From NCBI GenBank assembly GCA_040902305.1, contig JBBDXN010000129.1, forward strand, positions 19,061 to 83,060: DNA of 64,000 bases. The letters run 5' to 3'. The notes under the pieces are model-generated. The model was not told the DNA's origin and did not search any database. It was given only the letters and a program-made list of their open reading frames with translations. The DNA comes from Candidatus Rokuibacteriota bacterium. GTDB taxonomy: Bacteria; Methylomirabilota; Methylomirabilia; Rokubacteriales; CSP1-6. The number at the start of each line of letters is the position of its first letter. Position 1 is the first letter of the stretch. The translations under genes and the position numbers were made by a program. Below are positions 55,822 to 63,732 of the stretch, one piece after another.

Positions 55822-56760
55822 TCAGACCATCTCGAGCTGGGCGCGGCCCCAGCTCATGTCCACCTCCCGGGCCGGACTGACCTCGGCGGGGCCGGCATCG
55901 GGCGCGGTCGGCCCCTCGCCGGCCACGGTGGTGCGGTGCATGACCCGGCGGTACTTCGACTCGTCCCACCGCCGCCCGCGGTGGAGCATGCAGCGGTTGT
56001 CCCACATGACGAGATCGCCGACCTGCCAGCGATGCGTGTAGACGAGCTCGGGCCGGGTGGCGGCCTCCCGCAGCTCGCGCAGGAGCGCGCGCGCCTCCGC
56101 GGTGGGCATGCCCACGATCTCGCAGGCGTGCGAGCCCACGTAGAACGCCTTCCGCCCGCTGGCCGGGTTGGCCCGCACCAGGGCCTGGCGCACCGGCGGC
56201 ACCTGGGCCGCGTGCTCGGGCGGCATGAGCGCGTCGTCCACGAGCCCGCGCGAGTACACGAAGCTGTGGATGGCCACCTTGTCATCGAGGAAGCGCTGCA
56301 TGTCCGCGGGCAGGCGGGCGTAGCCCACCCGCATGCTCGCGAACTGGGTCTCGCCGCCCTCGGCGGGGATCTCGCGCCCGGACAGGAGCGAGGCCATCGC
56401 GGGCACCTTCTTGAACGAGCTGTCGGTGTGCCACATCTGGTTGCCCGCGTTGTAGATGTTGCGCTTGTCGCCGGCCGGGATCAGCCGGCCGTCCGCGTCC
56501 ACGTTGGAGAGGTTCGCGATGTGATCGGGCGTGCTCTCCTGGGTCGCGATGCTCCGGATCGTGGTCTCGAGGGGACCGAAGCGCCGGCTGAAGCCGATCT
56601 GCTGCTCGTCGGTGAGGGACTGCCCGCGGAAGAGCAGCACCGAGTGCTCGTTGAACGCGGCCACGAGCTCCTGGAACGTGGGCTCGTCCACGCGGCTGAC
56701 GTCGACGCCCACGATCTCGGCGCCGAGCAGGGGGTGGAGCTTTCTCGTCGTCAGTGACAT
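55822..56760 (-). CDS. TauD/TfdA family Fe(II)/2-oxoglutarate-dependent dioxygenase
   Basis: ATG start. Family sequence with an HxD...H triad context (WHTDSSF...). Confidence 0.85.
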   Translation of the reverse strand: MSLTTRKLHPLLGAEIVGVDVSRVDEPTFQELVAAFNEHSVLLFRGQSLTDEQQIGFSRRFGPLETTIRSIATQESTPDHIANLSNVDADGRLIPAGDKRNIYNAGNQMWHTDSSFKKVPAMASLLSGREIPAEGGETQFASMRVGYARLPADMQRFLDDKVAIHSFVYSRGLVDDALMPPEHAAQVPPVRQALVRANPASGRKAFYVGSHACEIVGMPTAEARALLRELREAATRPELVYTHRWQVGDLVMWDNRCMLHRGRRWDESKYRRVMHRTTVAGEGPTAPDAGPAEVSPAREVDMSWGRAQLEMV

Positions 56761-56868
56761 GGCGCACCCTCCTTCCGGGGGCTCCGATCATAAGCGAGCG
56801 GGTCGGGCGACCGCAACCGCTTGCGCCCGCGCAGCCCGCGGGTATGCTCTCTGCCGGAGGCCGCGCCC

Positions 56869-57342
56869 ATGTCGACCGTCGAGTCCCCGATCAGCATCGT
56901 CATCGACCGCCTCGCTTCGGGGCCGACCGCCCCCGCGGGCGGCGCCGGCTCCCCCGCCCTGCGCACCCGCGTGGCGGAGGTGGTCGCCCAGATGGGCCCC
57001 GGCCCGTGGGCGCGTCGGATCATCGCCGACGAGCGCAACCTGGTGACCCTCATCGCCTCCGCGCCCGGCGGCGGCAACCGGCCGCACTGGCATCGCGAGT
57101 TCGACGAGTGGTGGGTCGTCCTCGGCGGGCAACTCCAGTGGGAGCTGACCGGGGGCGTGGTGGTGGAGGCGGCCAAGGACGACATCGTGTGGGTGCCGCG
57201 CGGCACCGTGCACCACATCCGGAACGTCGGCACCGGGCTGTCGCTGCGCCTGGCGGTGGCGATGCCGCCCGCCTGGCACTTCTACCACCCGTGCGAGCAG
57301 TGCGGCTTCACCGACGACGGGCCTCGAGAATGGTGCGCGTGA
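56869..57342 (+). CDS. cupin domain protein
   Basis: GGAGG Shine-Dalgarno motif. HWHREFDEWWVVLGGQ...H cupin motifs. Confidence 0.7.
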   Translation: MSTVESPISIVIDRLASGPTAPAGGAGSPALRTRVAEVVAQMGPGPWARRIIADERNLVTLIASAPGGGNRPHWHREFDEWWVVLGGQLQWELTGGVVVEAAKDDIVWVPRGTVHHIRNVGTGLSLRLAVAMPPAWHFYHPCEQCGFTDDGPREWCA

Positions 57343-57357
57343 TCGGAGGGGGCCGTT

Positions 57358-57390
57358 CGATCCCCTCCCCCCAGAGGGGGAGAGGGGCGC
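57358..57390. repeat. palindromic intergenic repeat, copy d (variant cccctcccccc-aga-gggggagagggg)
   Basis: Degenerate copy lacking TC in the left arm, between tandem plus-strand genes. Confidence 0.7.
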
Positions 57391-57462
57391 TTGCGGAGGG
57401 TGGCGCGCCTGCTTATGCTTTGGCGCACCAGGCCACACGGGGTAGCGGAAAGGGGAGTGTCT

Positions 57463-58542
57463 ATGGCGACGGCAGCGCAGTCCTCTCACGTCTACGTTGG
57501 AGCCGCGAAGTGGACCGGCGGAAGCAAGAGCGGAGTGTTCCGGCGGGGGGACGGCGACGCGCGCTGGGAGCTCTGCAACAAGGGGCTGCCGGACGACGTG
57601 CACGTGCAGGCGATCACGGTGCACCCCACCAACCCGGACGTGGTCTACGTGGGCACCCAGAACGGCCCCTACCGGAGCACGGATCGGGGCGAGCGGTGGG
57701 AGCGCCTGCCCTTCCCGGAGGACGGCGGCCAGCCGCCGCAGGCACGAGAAATCTGGTCGATCCTCGTGCATCCCAACAACCCGCGCACGCTCTTCGCGGG
57801 CACGTCCCCGGTGGGGATCTACCGCAGCGACGACGAGGGCGCCTCGTGGCGGAAGCTGCCGAGCGCGGTCCAGGCCGAGCACGTGAAGATGCCGTTCGCG
57901 TGCCGCGTGATGCGCCTGGCGATCGATCCCGCGCAGCCCGACCACATCTACGCCGCGCTCGAGGTGGGCGGGGCCATGCGGAGCCTGGACGGGGGCGTGA
58001 CCTGGAGTGATTGCAGCGGGGATCTCGTGAAGCTCTCCGAGCTGCCGCATCTCAAGAGCCGCATCGTGAGCGACAGCGAGATGGAGGGCATGCTCGACGG
58101 CCACGCCCTGTGCGTGAGCCCGGCCGCCTCCGGCACCGTGATCCTGGCCCTGCGCATGGGCCTCTTCCGCAGCACCGACAAGGCGGCGCACTGGAAGGAC
58201 ATGGAGGTCGGCCGGTTCTCGCCGCTGACCTACAGCCGCGACATCCGGGTCTCGCCGCAAGACCCCCGCGTGCTCTACGCCTGCCTGAGCCCAGCCGCGC
58301 GTAGCGAAGACGGCTCCGTCTACCGGAGCGCGGATCTGGGCGAAACGTGGACGCGTTTCGACCGCGGGGTCAAGGCGGAGAGCACTATGATGGCGGTGGC
58401 GCTCCACCCGCGCGACGCCGATCGCGTCTACTGCGTGAGCCGCACCGGGCAGGTCTTCGGCACCGAGGACGCGGGACGCTCCTGGCGCGAGGACCGGCTG
58501 CCCGACGGCGTCGGCGACGTCTACGCGATCGCCTGCGGGTGA
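57463..58542 (+). CDS. BNR/Asp-box repeat beta-propeller protein (Ycf48-like / sialidase-like fold)
   Basis: GAAAGGGGAG Shine-Dalgarno motif. Repeated S-x-D-x-G-x-x-W motifs (STDRGERW, SDDEGASW, SLDGGVTW, STDKAAHW, SADLGETW, TEDAGRSW). Confidence 0.75.
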   Translation: MATAAQSSHVYVGAAKWTGGSKSGVFRRGDGDARWELCNKGLPDDVHVQAITVHPTNPDVVYVGTQNGPYRSTDRGERWERLPFPEDGGQPPQAREIWSILVHPNNPRTLFAGTSPVGIYRSDDEGASWRKLPSAVQAEHVKMPFACRVMRLAIDPAQPDHIYAALEVGGAMRSLDGGVTWSDCSGDLVKLSELPHLKSRIVSDSEMEGMLDGHALCVSPAASGTVILALRMGLFRSTDKAAHWKDMEVGRFSPLTYSRDIRVSPQDPRVLYACLSPAARSEDGSVYRSADLGETWTRFDRGVKAESTMMAVALHPRDADRVYCVSRTGQVFGTEDAGRSWREDRLPDGVGDVYAIACG

Positions 58543-58550
58543 GGCTCCCC

Positions 58551-58597
58551 CGTCACCCTACCCTCTCCCCGGAGGGGAGAGGGAGATAGGGGGCGGG
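58551..58597. repeat. palindromic intergenic repeat, copy e
   Basis: caccctaccctctcccc-gga-ggggagaggg, between convergent genes. Confidence 0.85.
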
Positions 58598-59179
58598 GTT
58601 GAGATTGCGCACGAAGCAGCGCACCTCGCCCAGGTGCTCGTAGCGCTCGGTGTGCGCGGGCAGCCCGGCCTCGGCGGCGTCGATCCCCAGTGACCGCAGC
58701 ACCGGCTCCGTGAGGAGCGCGTAACCTCCGGTCCGCCCTACTCCGTTCTTCAGCAGCCGGTGAACGAGGATCACCGCGGTACCGGTGACCCGATCCCGTC
58801 CGCCCACCGTGTGTCGCAGGAACGGCCCGTGGTGGACCACCATCTTCAGGTCCAGCGTCCCGATCTGCTGGCAGGCGCCGCACAAGCACGTCTCCGCGTC
58901 CTGCATCGCCCGCTGCCGGCTCTTGAAGGCCGCGAAGGCGTCCTCCAGCACCTCGAGCAGCCGCGTCCGCGGCAGCTCGGAGGACGTCCCGCCGAGGGCG
59001 AACACCGCGTCGCCCTCGATCTCCTGGATCTCGAGCGGCGGCGAGAGGTGGCCCACCAGGTCGTCGAGGAGGGCCCCGATGATCTCGGAGCCGTGCTCGA
59101 GCTCCGTGGTGGTGACGAAGGCGGTGAAGCCCGACACGTCGGCCAGGATGAGAAAGCCACGGTCTGTTCGGTTGTTCAT
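58553..59179 (-). CDS. DUF2652-like protein (nucleotidyl-cyclase-like fold), hypothetical
   Basis: N-terminal FLILADVSGFTAF is reminiscent of class III cyclase/DUF2652. The stop and last about 10 codons (LPLPSGERVG) lie in repeat copy e. Confidence 0.5.
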   Translation of the reverse strand: MNNRTDRGFLILADVSGFTAFVTTTELEHGSEIIGALLDDLVGHLSPPLEIQEIEGDAVFALGGTSSELPRTRLLEVLEDAFAAFKSRQRAMQDAETCLCGACQQIGTLDLKMVVHHGPFLRHTVGGRDRVTGTAVILVHRLLKNGVGRTGGYALLTEPVLRSLGIDAAEAGLPAHTERYEHLGEVRCFVRNLNPAPYLPLPSGERVG

Positions 59180-59228
59180 GCCCTGAAGACACCGGACCGG
59201 GGCCGGTGTGAAACAGCCCTGGGGCCGG

Positions 59229-60359
59229 CTAAACCCGCTCCAGGATGTGCAAACCCCGACCCCGATCGATCAGGTACAGCAGGCCTCGTCCGTCGACCTC
59301 GACGTCGTTGCTGGAGACCCGGGTTTGCCCGGTCGGCGGCGCGGGAAGGAAGTGGGCGACCTCCCGCGGGGCATGGGGGTTGGCGACGTCGACGATGCGG
59401 AGGCCGTGCGCGAACCATGCCACCGGGATCTCGGGGCCGGTCACCCGCTCGCACGGCTGGTGGCAGCCGGTGAACTCGGGCTGCGGGTCACCGTTCACCG
59501 CCGTGAGCTGGAAGGTCGAGATCGGCACCGGGTGTCCCTCGTCCGTGATGTCCACCAGCCACAGGAACGACGGCGGCCCGGGCGCGGTCTTGGCCACGTC
59601 CTCGTCGGCGGCCAGCATGATCCGGCGGCCGTGGAGCGGGAACGGCAGCGGCAGCGCGGTGTGGGTCGGCGTGATGTAGGGCGGGCTCCAGTCGAGCCCG
59701 GAGACGAAGCGCGGCTTGCCCATGTCCTCGATGTCGAGGATCACGAAGCCGCCGTGCCAGTAGCTCACGTAGAGCCGGTTGCCAGAGCGGATCGGATGGT
59801 GGCAGCGATGATGCCGGCCCGACCAGGTCGGCTTCTCGCCGCCCGCGGTCCACTGCCCCGGCATCCACCAGCGTCCGACCTCCTTCGGCCGCGCCGGATC
59901 GTGAAGATCCAGGATCATCACGATGTTGCCGACGTAGCCGTCCATCTCGGGGGAGATGTAGGCGTAGCGGCCGTCGAAGGTGAAGCGGTGCACCCCCGCG
60001 CCGCCGCACTTCCAGAACGTGATCTCGCGCGGCCGGCTCGGGTCGGAGACATCGTAGATCACGAGGCCGCCGCCCACCCCGGCCGGCGGCTGGTGCGCGG
60101 GCTGGGCCTCGCGGTTCACCAGCATGAGCCCGTTGGCCGCGCGCACCTTGTGCGAGTGGGTCTGGGGCGGCACCTCGAGGGTGGCCAGCGTGCGAGGCCG
60201 GGCGGGATCGCTCACGTCCACGATGCTGGTGCCGTGCGGCGCCTTCATGTGCGCGATGTAGGCGGTGGTGCCGTCCACCGAGACCTGGCCGCCGCCCGGG
60301 CAGTCGAGCCAGGCGACCTGTCTGAGACCCTGCACGCTCGGCGCGATCGCGGTGGCCAT
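59229..60359 (-). CDS. LVIVD-repeat beta-propeller protein
   Basis: Internal ATG giving MATAIAPSV... for a 376-aa protein. Repeated [VI]xD[VI]S/A-P motifs (IVDVSDP, LVIYDVSDP, IVMILDLHDP, LWLVDITDEGHP, LRIVDVANPHAP). Confidence 0.75.
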   Translation of the reverse strand: MATAIAPSVQGLRQVAWLDCPGGGQVSVDGTTAYIAHMKAPHGTSIVDVSDPARPRTLATLEVPPQTHSHKVRAANGLMLVNREAQPAHQPPAGVGGGLVIYDVSDPSRPREITFWKCGGAGVHRFTFDGRYAYISPEMDGYVGNIVMILDLHDPARPKEVGRWWMPGQWTAGGEKPTWSGRHHRCHHPIRSGNRLYVSYWHGGFVILDIEDMGKPRFVSGLDWSPPYITPTHTALPLPFPLHGRRIMLAADEDVAKTAPGPPSFLWLVDITDEGHPVPISTFQLTAVNGDPQPEFTGCHQPCERVTGPEIPVAWFAHGLRIVDVANPHAPREVAHFLPAPPTGQTRVSSNDVEVDGRGLLYLIDRGRGLHILERV

Positions 60360-60470
60360 GTCGATGCGCCGGAGCCTAGCAGACCGCGGGTCCGTCGCCA
60401 AGCCCGGGGCCATTTGACAGGCGCCGCCGGGGCATGACAAAGTCTCCGCAACTCGCAAAGGAGCGTCGCC

Positions 60471-62042
60471 ATGGCCCTCTCCGTCGATCGGTCCGTGCGT
60501 CCCGAGATCAGTGCCTATGCGCGGCTCGAGGAGAAGATCCTGGAGCGGGACCAGAAGGGTGCCAGCGACATCTTCTACGACCTGGTGCGGGCGCGGGTCC
60601 CGCTCGCCGAGCTGGCCGGCCAGATCGTGCGGATCCACGCGCCCTACACCCACGTGCCGTACCACCAGCGTCTCGACGACGGGATCCCGCGGTTCGTCAA
60701 CAACGACCACTGCCTGCTCAGCTCGCGCGCGAGCCTCGACCTGATGCCGCTGATGCCGCCCGAGCTGGCCTACCTGCCGTACGCCCAGACCATCTGGTAC
60801 ATGCCGACCGGCCTCGACCCGTGGAATCAGCTCCTCGGCAAGATGCCCGGGCACTACGTGCGGCTCTACGAGATCAAGTTCGAGGGCAAGCCGCCCCTGC
60901 CCGAGGTGCACTGGCCGGACCAGGCCCCGCTCCCCATCGAGGGCACGTGGCCGGAGCGGCTCAACACGTGGCTGACGCTCGTGCAGCGCGGCGAGGTCAT
61001 CAACTCGTATCGCGTCTTTCTCGGACTGTGGGACGAGGCGGTCGACGACGCGGCGAAGCGCACCTCCCTCCTCGCCCAGCTCGTGTTCGCCGGCCTCATC
61101 GACGTGCAGGACCGGGTGCTCCACAACCGCTCCTACACCACGGGGCACAAGTCCTACCGCGCCCGTGCCACCGTGGAGGTGGCCCGCGCGGTGGGCTGGG
61201 CGAACGCGCACAGCATCCTGTACGCGGGCGTGCCCGACATCGCGGTGGGGCCGCGCTGGTACTCGACCTACGAGATGGGCTGCCTGGTGATCCAGAACCT
61301 GCTCGACAACAAGGACCGCGAACTGCTCGAGAACGACGAGGCGCTGACCCCGGTGGAGTCCCTCGCGCTCCAGCAGGCCATCCTGAGCGGCCAGGAGCCG
61401 GCCTTCATCGACCTGATCGTGGGGCTGCTGAAGTCCGGCCGGGGCCATCGCCAGATCATCGACACGATCCAGCTCGCCTCCGCCCAGCTCATCATCGAGA
61501 CCGGCGACGTCAACGCCTACTCGATGCCCCAGCACAGCTACGAGTACTGCAACACGGTGCGCTGGTTCTTCGACACGTTCCAGCATCCGCACCGCCTCAA
61601 GCTACTCTTCGTGGCCGCCGCCTTCGTCACCCGCGCCGCGCATCACCAGAAGCACACCCCGGACAACAACCCGGTGAAGATCACGCCCCCCAAGGGCTCC
61701 GACGCGCTGACCCCGTCCGATCTGCTCAAGCGCCTGGACAGTGCGCTCGACGGGCTGCGGGCCTTCGAGGCCATGGACTGGACCGCCGCCTATCTCCACT
61801 CCGGCGCGGACCGCGCCCCGCTGCTGCGGACGCTCGCGGTGGGCGCGGCCAAGGCGGGCAACGACCCGCACAACCAGGAGCTGGGCATCTGCCTGCTCGA
61901 CGACTACGGCCACTCCACCGCGGCGGAGCGCGACCGCCTGCTCTACGCCTCGGCCAAGCACACCGCGGGGCACCGCAAGTACGGCAGCCACCTCGACGCG
62001 TGGCGCCGCTACGCGGACGCCTTCGGTCTCGCTCGCTCCTGA
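60471..62042 (+). CDS. hypothetical protein, 523 aa, no recognised domain
   Basis: Long ORF with host codon usage. Divergent from the propeller gene and abutting the next gene. Confidence 0.55.
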   Translation: MALSVDRSVRPEISAYARLEEKILERDQKGASDIFYDLVRARVPLAELAGQIVRIHAPYTHVPYHQRLDDGIPRFVNNDHCLLSSRASLDLMPLMPPELAYLPYAQTIWYMPTGLDPWNQLLGKMPGHYVRLYEIKFEGKPPLPEVHWPDQAPLPIEGTWPERLNTWLTLVQRGEVINSYRVFLGLWDEAVDDAAKRTSLLAQLVFAGLIDVQDRVLHNRSYTTGHKSYRARATVEVARAVGWANAHSILYAGVPDIAVGPRWYSTYEMGCLVIQNLLDNKDRELLENDEALTPVESLALQQAILSGQEPAFIDLIVGLLKSGRGHRQIIDTIQLASAQLIIETGDVNAYSMPQHSYEYCNTVRWFFDTFQHPHRLKLLFVAAAFVTRAAHHQKHTPDNNPVKITPPKGSDALTPSDLLKRLDSALDGLRAFEAMDWTAAYLHSGADRAPLLRTLAVGAAKAGNDPHNQELGICLLDDYGHSTAAERDRLLYASAKHTAGHRKYGSHLDAWRRYADAFGLARS

Positions 62043-62059
62043 GACTACCCTCCGTCACG

Positions 62060-63022
62060 TTGATCGATCGTCGTCGCTTCCTCGCCACGCTGGCGGCGGG
62101 CGCCGCCACCTCCGCCGGGGCCGCCCTGGCGGCGGCGCGCGTGCCCCGCGTGGCGCTCATCAGCGCCGGGAGCAGGTCGATCGAGGCCCTTCAGGCCGGC
62201 CTGCGCGCAGCCGGCTACGTGCCCGGCCAGACGATCGTGGTCGAGCATCGCCGGACGGAGGGCCGGCCGGAGCGCTACCGCCCCGCCGTCGAAGCCGCGC
62301 TCAAGGGCGGCGTGGACGTCATCGTGGTGGGCAGCACTCACGGCCTCGCCGCCGCGCGTACCGCCACCCGTACCGTGCCCATCGTGGCCGTCGACCTCGA
62401 GACCGATCCGGTGGCGAGCGGTTTCGTCGAGAGTCTCGCGCGACCCGGCGGCAACGTCACCGGCTTCTTCCTCGACCTGGGCGACTTGAGCGGCAAGCTC
62501 CTCCAGCTGCTTCAGGAGGCGGTACCGGGGGTGAACCGCGTCGCGGCCCTGCACGATCCGGTGATCGGCCTCCCTCAGCTTCAGGCGACGCGAGCGGCGG
62601 CGGGCCCGGCCGGGATCACGCTCCTCCCGGCGCCGGTGCAGAAGGCGGGCGACCTGTCGGCCGCGATCGAGAGCGCGGCGCGGGACGGCGCCCGCGCGCT
62701 GGTGGTGCTGTCCGCACCGTTGATGCGGGTGAACCAGACCCGGATCGACGAGCTAGCCCTCCGTCACCGGCTCCCCTCCGTGACGCTCTTCGCGCTGCTC
62801 CCGAACGGCCACGGTTTCCTGTCCTACGGCCAGGACCTGGACGAGATGTACCGGGGTAGTGGCTCGTACGTGGACCGGATCCTCAAGGGCGCGCGCGCCG
62901 CCGAGCTGCCGGTGCAGCGCCCATCGAGGTTCGAGCTGGCCGTAAACCTCCGAACGGCGAAGGCGTTGCGTCTCAGCATCCCGCCTCCCCTGATCGTGGG
63001 CGCCGATCGGGTGATCGAGTGA
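62060..63022 (+). CDS. ABC-transporter-type substrate-binding protein (PF04392-like) with TAT signal; orphan, no permease or ATPase adjacent
   Basis: DRRRFLATLAAGAATSAGAALAA twin-arginine signal. The start codon is uncertain (TTG at 62060 or other). Confidence 0.6.
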   Translation: MIDRRRFLATLAAGAATSAGAALAAARVPRVALISAGSRSIEALQAGLRAAGYVPGQTIVVEHRRTEGRPERYRPAVEAALKGGVDVIVVGSTHGLAAARTATRTVPIVAVDLETDPVASGFVESLARPGGNVTGFFLDLGDLSGKLLQLLQEAVPGVNRVAALHDPVIGLPQLQATRAAAGPAGITLLPAPVQKAGDLSAAIESAARDGARALVVLSAPLMRVNQTRIDELALRHRLPSVTLFALLPNGHGFLSYGQDLDEMYRGSGSYVDRILKGARAAELPVQRPSRFELAVNLRTAKALRLSIPPPLIVGADRVIE

Positions 63023-63095
63023 GCCATGGCGGGACGCGCCGGGCACGGGTTCGAAGTACCCCCCTGACGCGAACCGCCGGCCCTGTCGACGGCCG

Positions 63096-63125
63096 TTGAC
63101 AGAGTGTACCGAGTTACGATATTGT
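63096..63125 (+). promoter_or_regulatory. candidate promoter/operator of the TA module (TTGACA - 17/18 nt - TATTGT, overlapping a TGTAC...GTACA inverted repeat)
   Basis: AT-rich segment 35-65 nt upstream of the antitoxin start. Confidence 0.4.
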
Positions 63126-63160
63126 ACATTTCGTCAGGTCAGAGGCTCGAGGAGGATCAC

Positions 63161-63415
63161 ATGGTCAGGATCGAAGCGACCGCCGCCAGGAAGGGGCTCT
63201 CGGATCTGCTGAGTCAGGTCCAATACCGCTCTGACCGAATCGTGATCGAGCGCCGGGGAAAGGATGCCGCGGCTCTCATCTGCATGGCCGATCTGCGTCT
63301 ACTCGAGCTGTTGGAAGACACCATTGATATCGAGGCAGCCCGACAGGCTCTAGAGAACCCCAAGAACAAGGTGCATGTCCCGCTCGATGAGGTCAAGAAG
63401 CGCCTGGGCTTGTAG
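63161..63415 (+). CDS. type II antitoxin, Phd/YefM family
   Basis: GAGGAGG Shine-Dalgarno motif. MVRIEATAARKGLSDLLSQVQYRSDRIVIERRGK is typical of Phd/YefM antitoxins. Confidence 0.8.
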   Translation: MVRIEATAARKGLSDLLSQVQYRSDRIVIERRGKDAAALICMADLRLLELLEDTIDIEAARQALENPKNKVHVPLDEVKKRLGL

Positions 63416-63423
63416 CGCGGGGC

Positions 63424-63732
63424 GTGGCTTACACGGTCGAGTTTCTTGAGACCGCCATCGAGGAGCTGGCCGATCTCCCGAAAGACGTCCAACGGCAAAT
63501 CCTGAGACGGATCGAGGGCCTCAGGATCGACCCCCGGCCCGCCGGTGTTAAGCAACTGAAGGCTACCGAGAAGTTCCTTCGTCTCCGGGTCGGCAACCAT
63601 CGAGTGATCTACGTGATCGAGGGGAAGAACGTATTGGTCCTCGTGGTGAAGATTGGCGATCGTAAGGACATCTACGATCAAGTCGAAGTGCCCACCCGGC
63701 GCGTCAGCGCTTGGCGGCGGAAGCGCAGGTAG
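63424..63732 (+). CDS. type II toxin, RelE/ParE family
   Basis: GTG start 8 nt after the antitoxin stop. ...KQLKATEKFLRLRVGNHRVIYVIEGKNVLVLVVKIGDRKDIY matches the RelE/ParE fold signature. Confidence 0.8.
   Translation: MAYTVEFLETAIEELADLPKDVQRQILRRIEGLRIDPRPAGVKQLKATEKFLRLRVGNHRVIYVIEGKNVLVLVVKIGDRKDIYDQVEVPTRRVSAWRRKRR

Noticed and set aside
55816-55824. TGA recoding (TGA read as a sense codon) to explain the missing upp start
   Set aside because: TGA is clearly used as a stop throughout the window, including many ATGA/GTGA coupled junctions. CTG initiation or a base-call error is the more economical explanation.
16441-58597. Possibility that the five palindromic repeats form a CRISPR array
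   Set aside because: Copies are 9-16 kb apart and separated by ordinary genes. There is no regular repeat-spacer periodicity and no cas genes.
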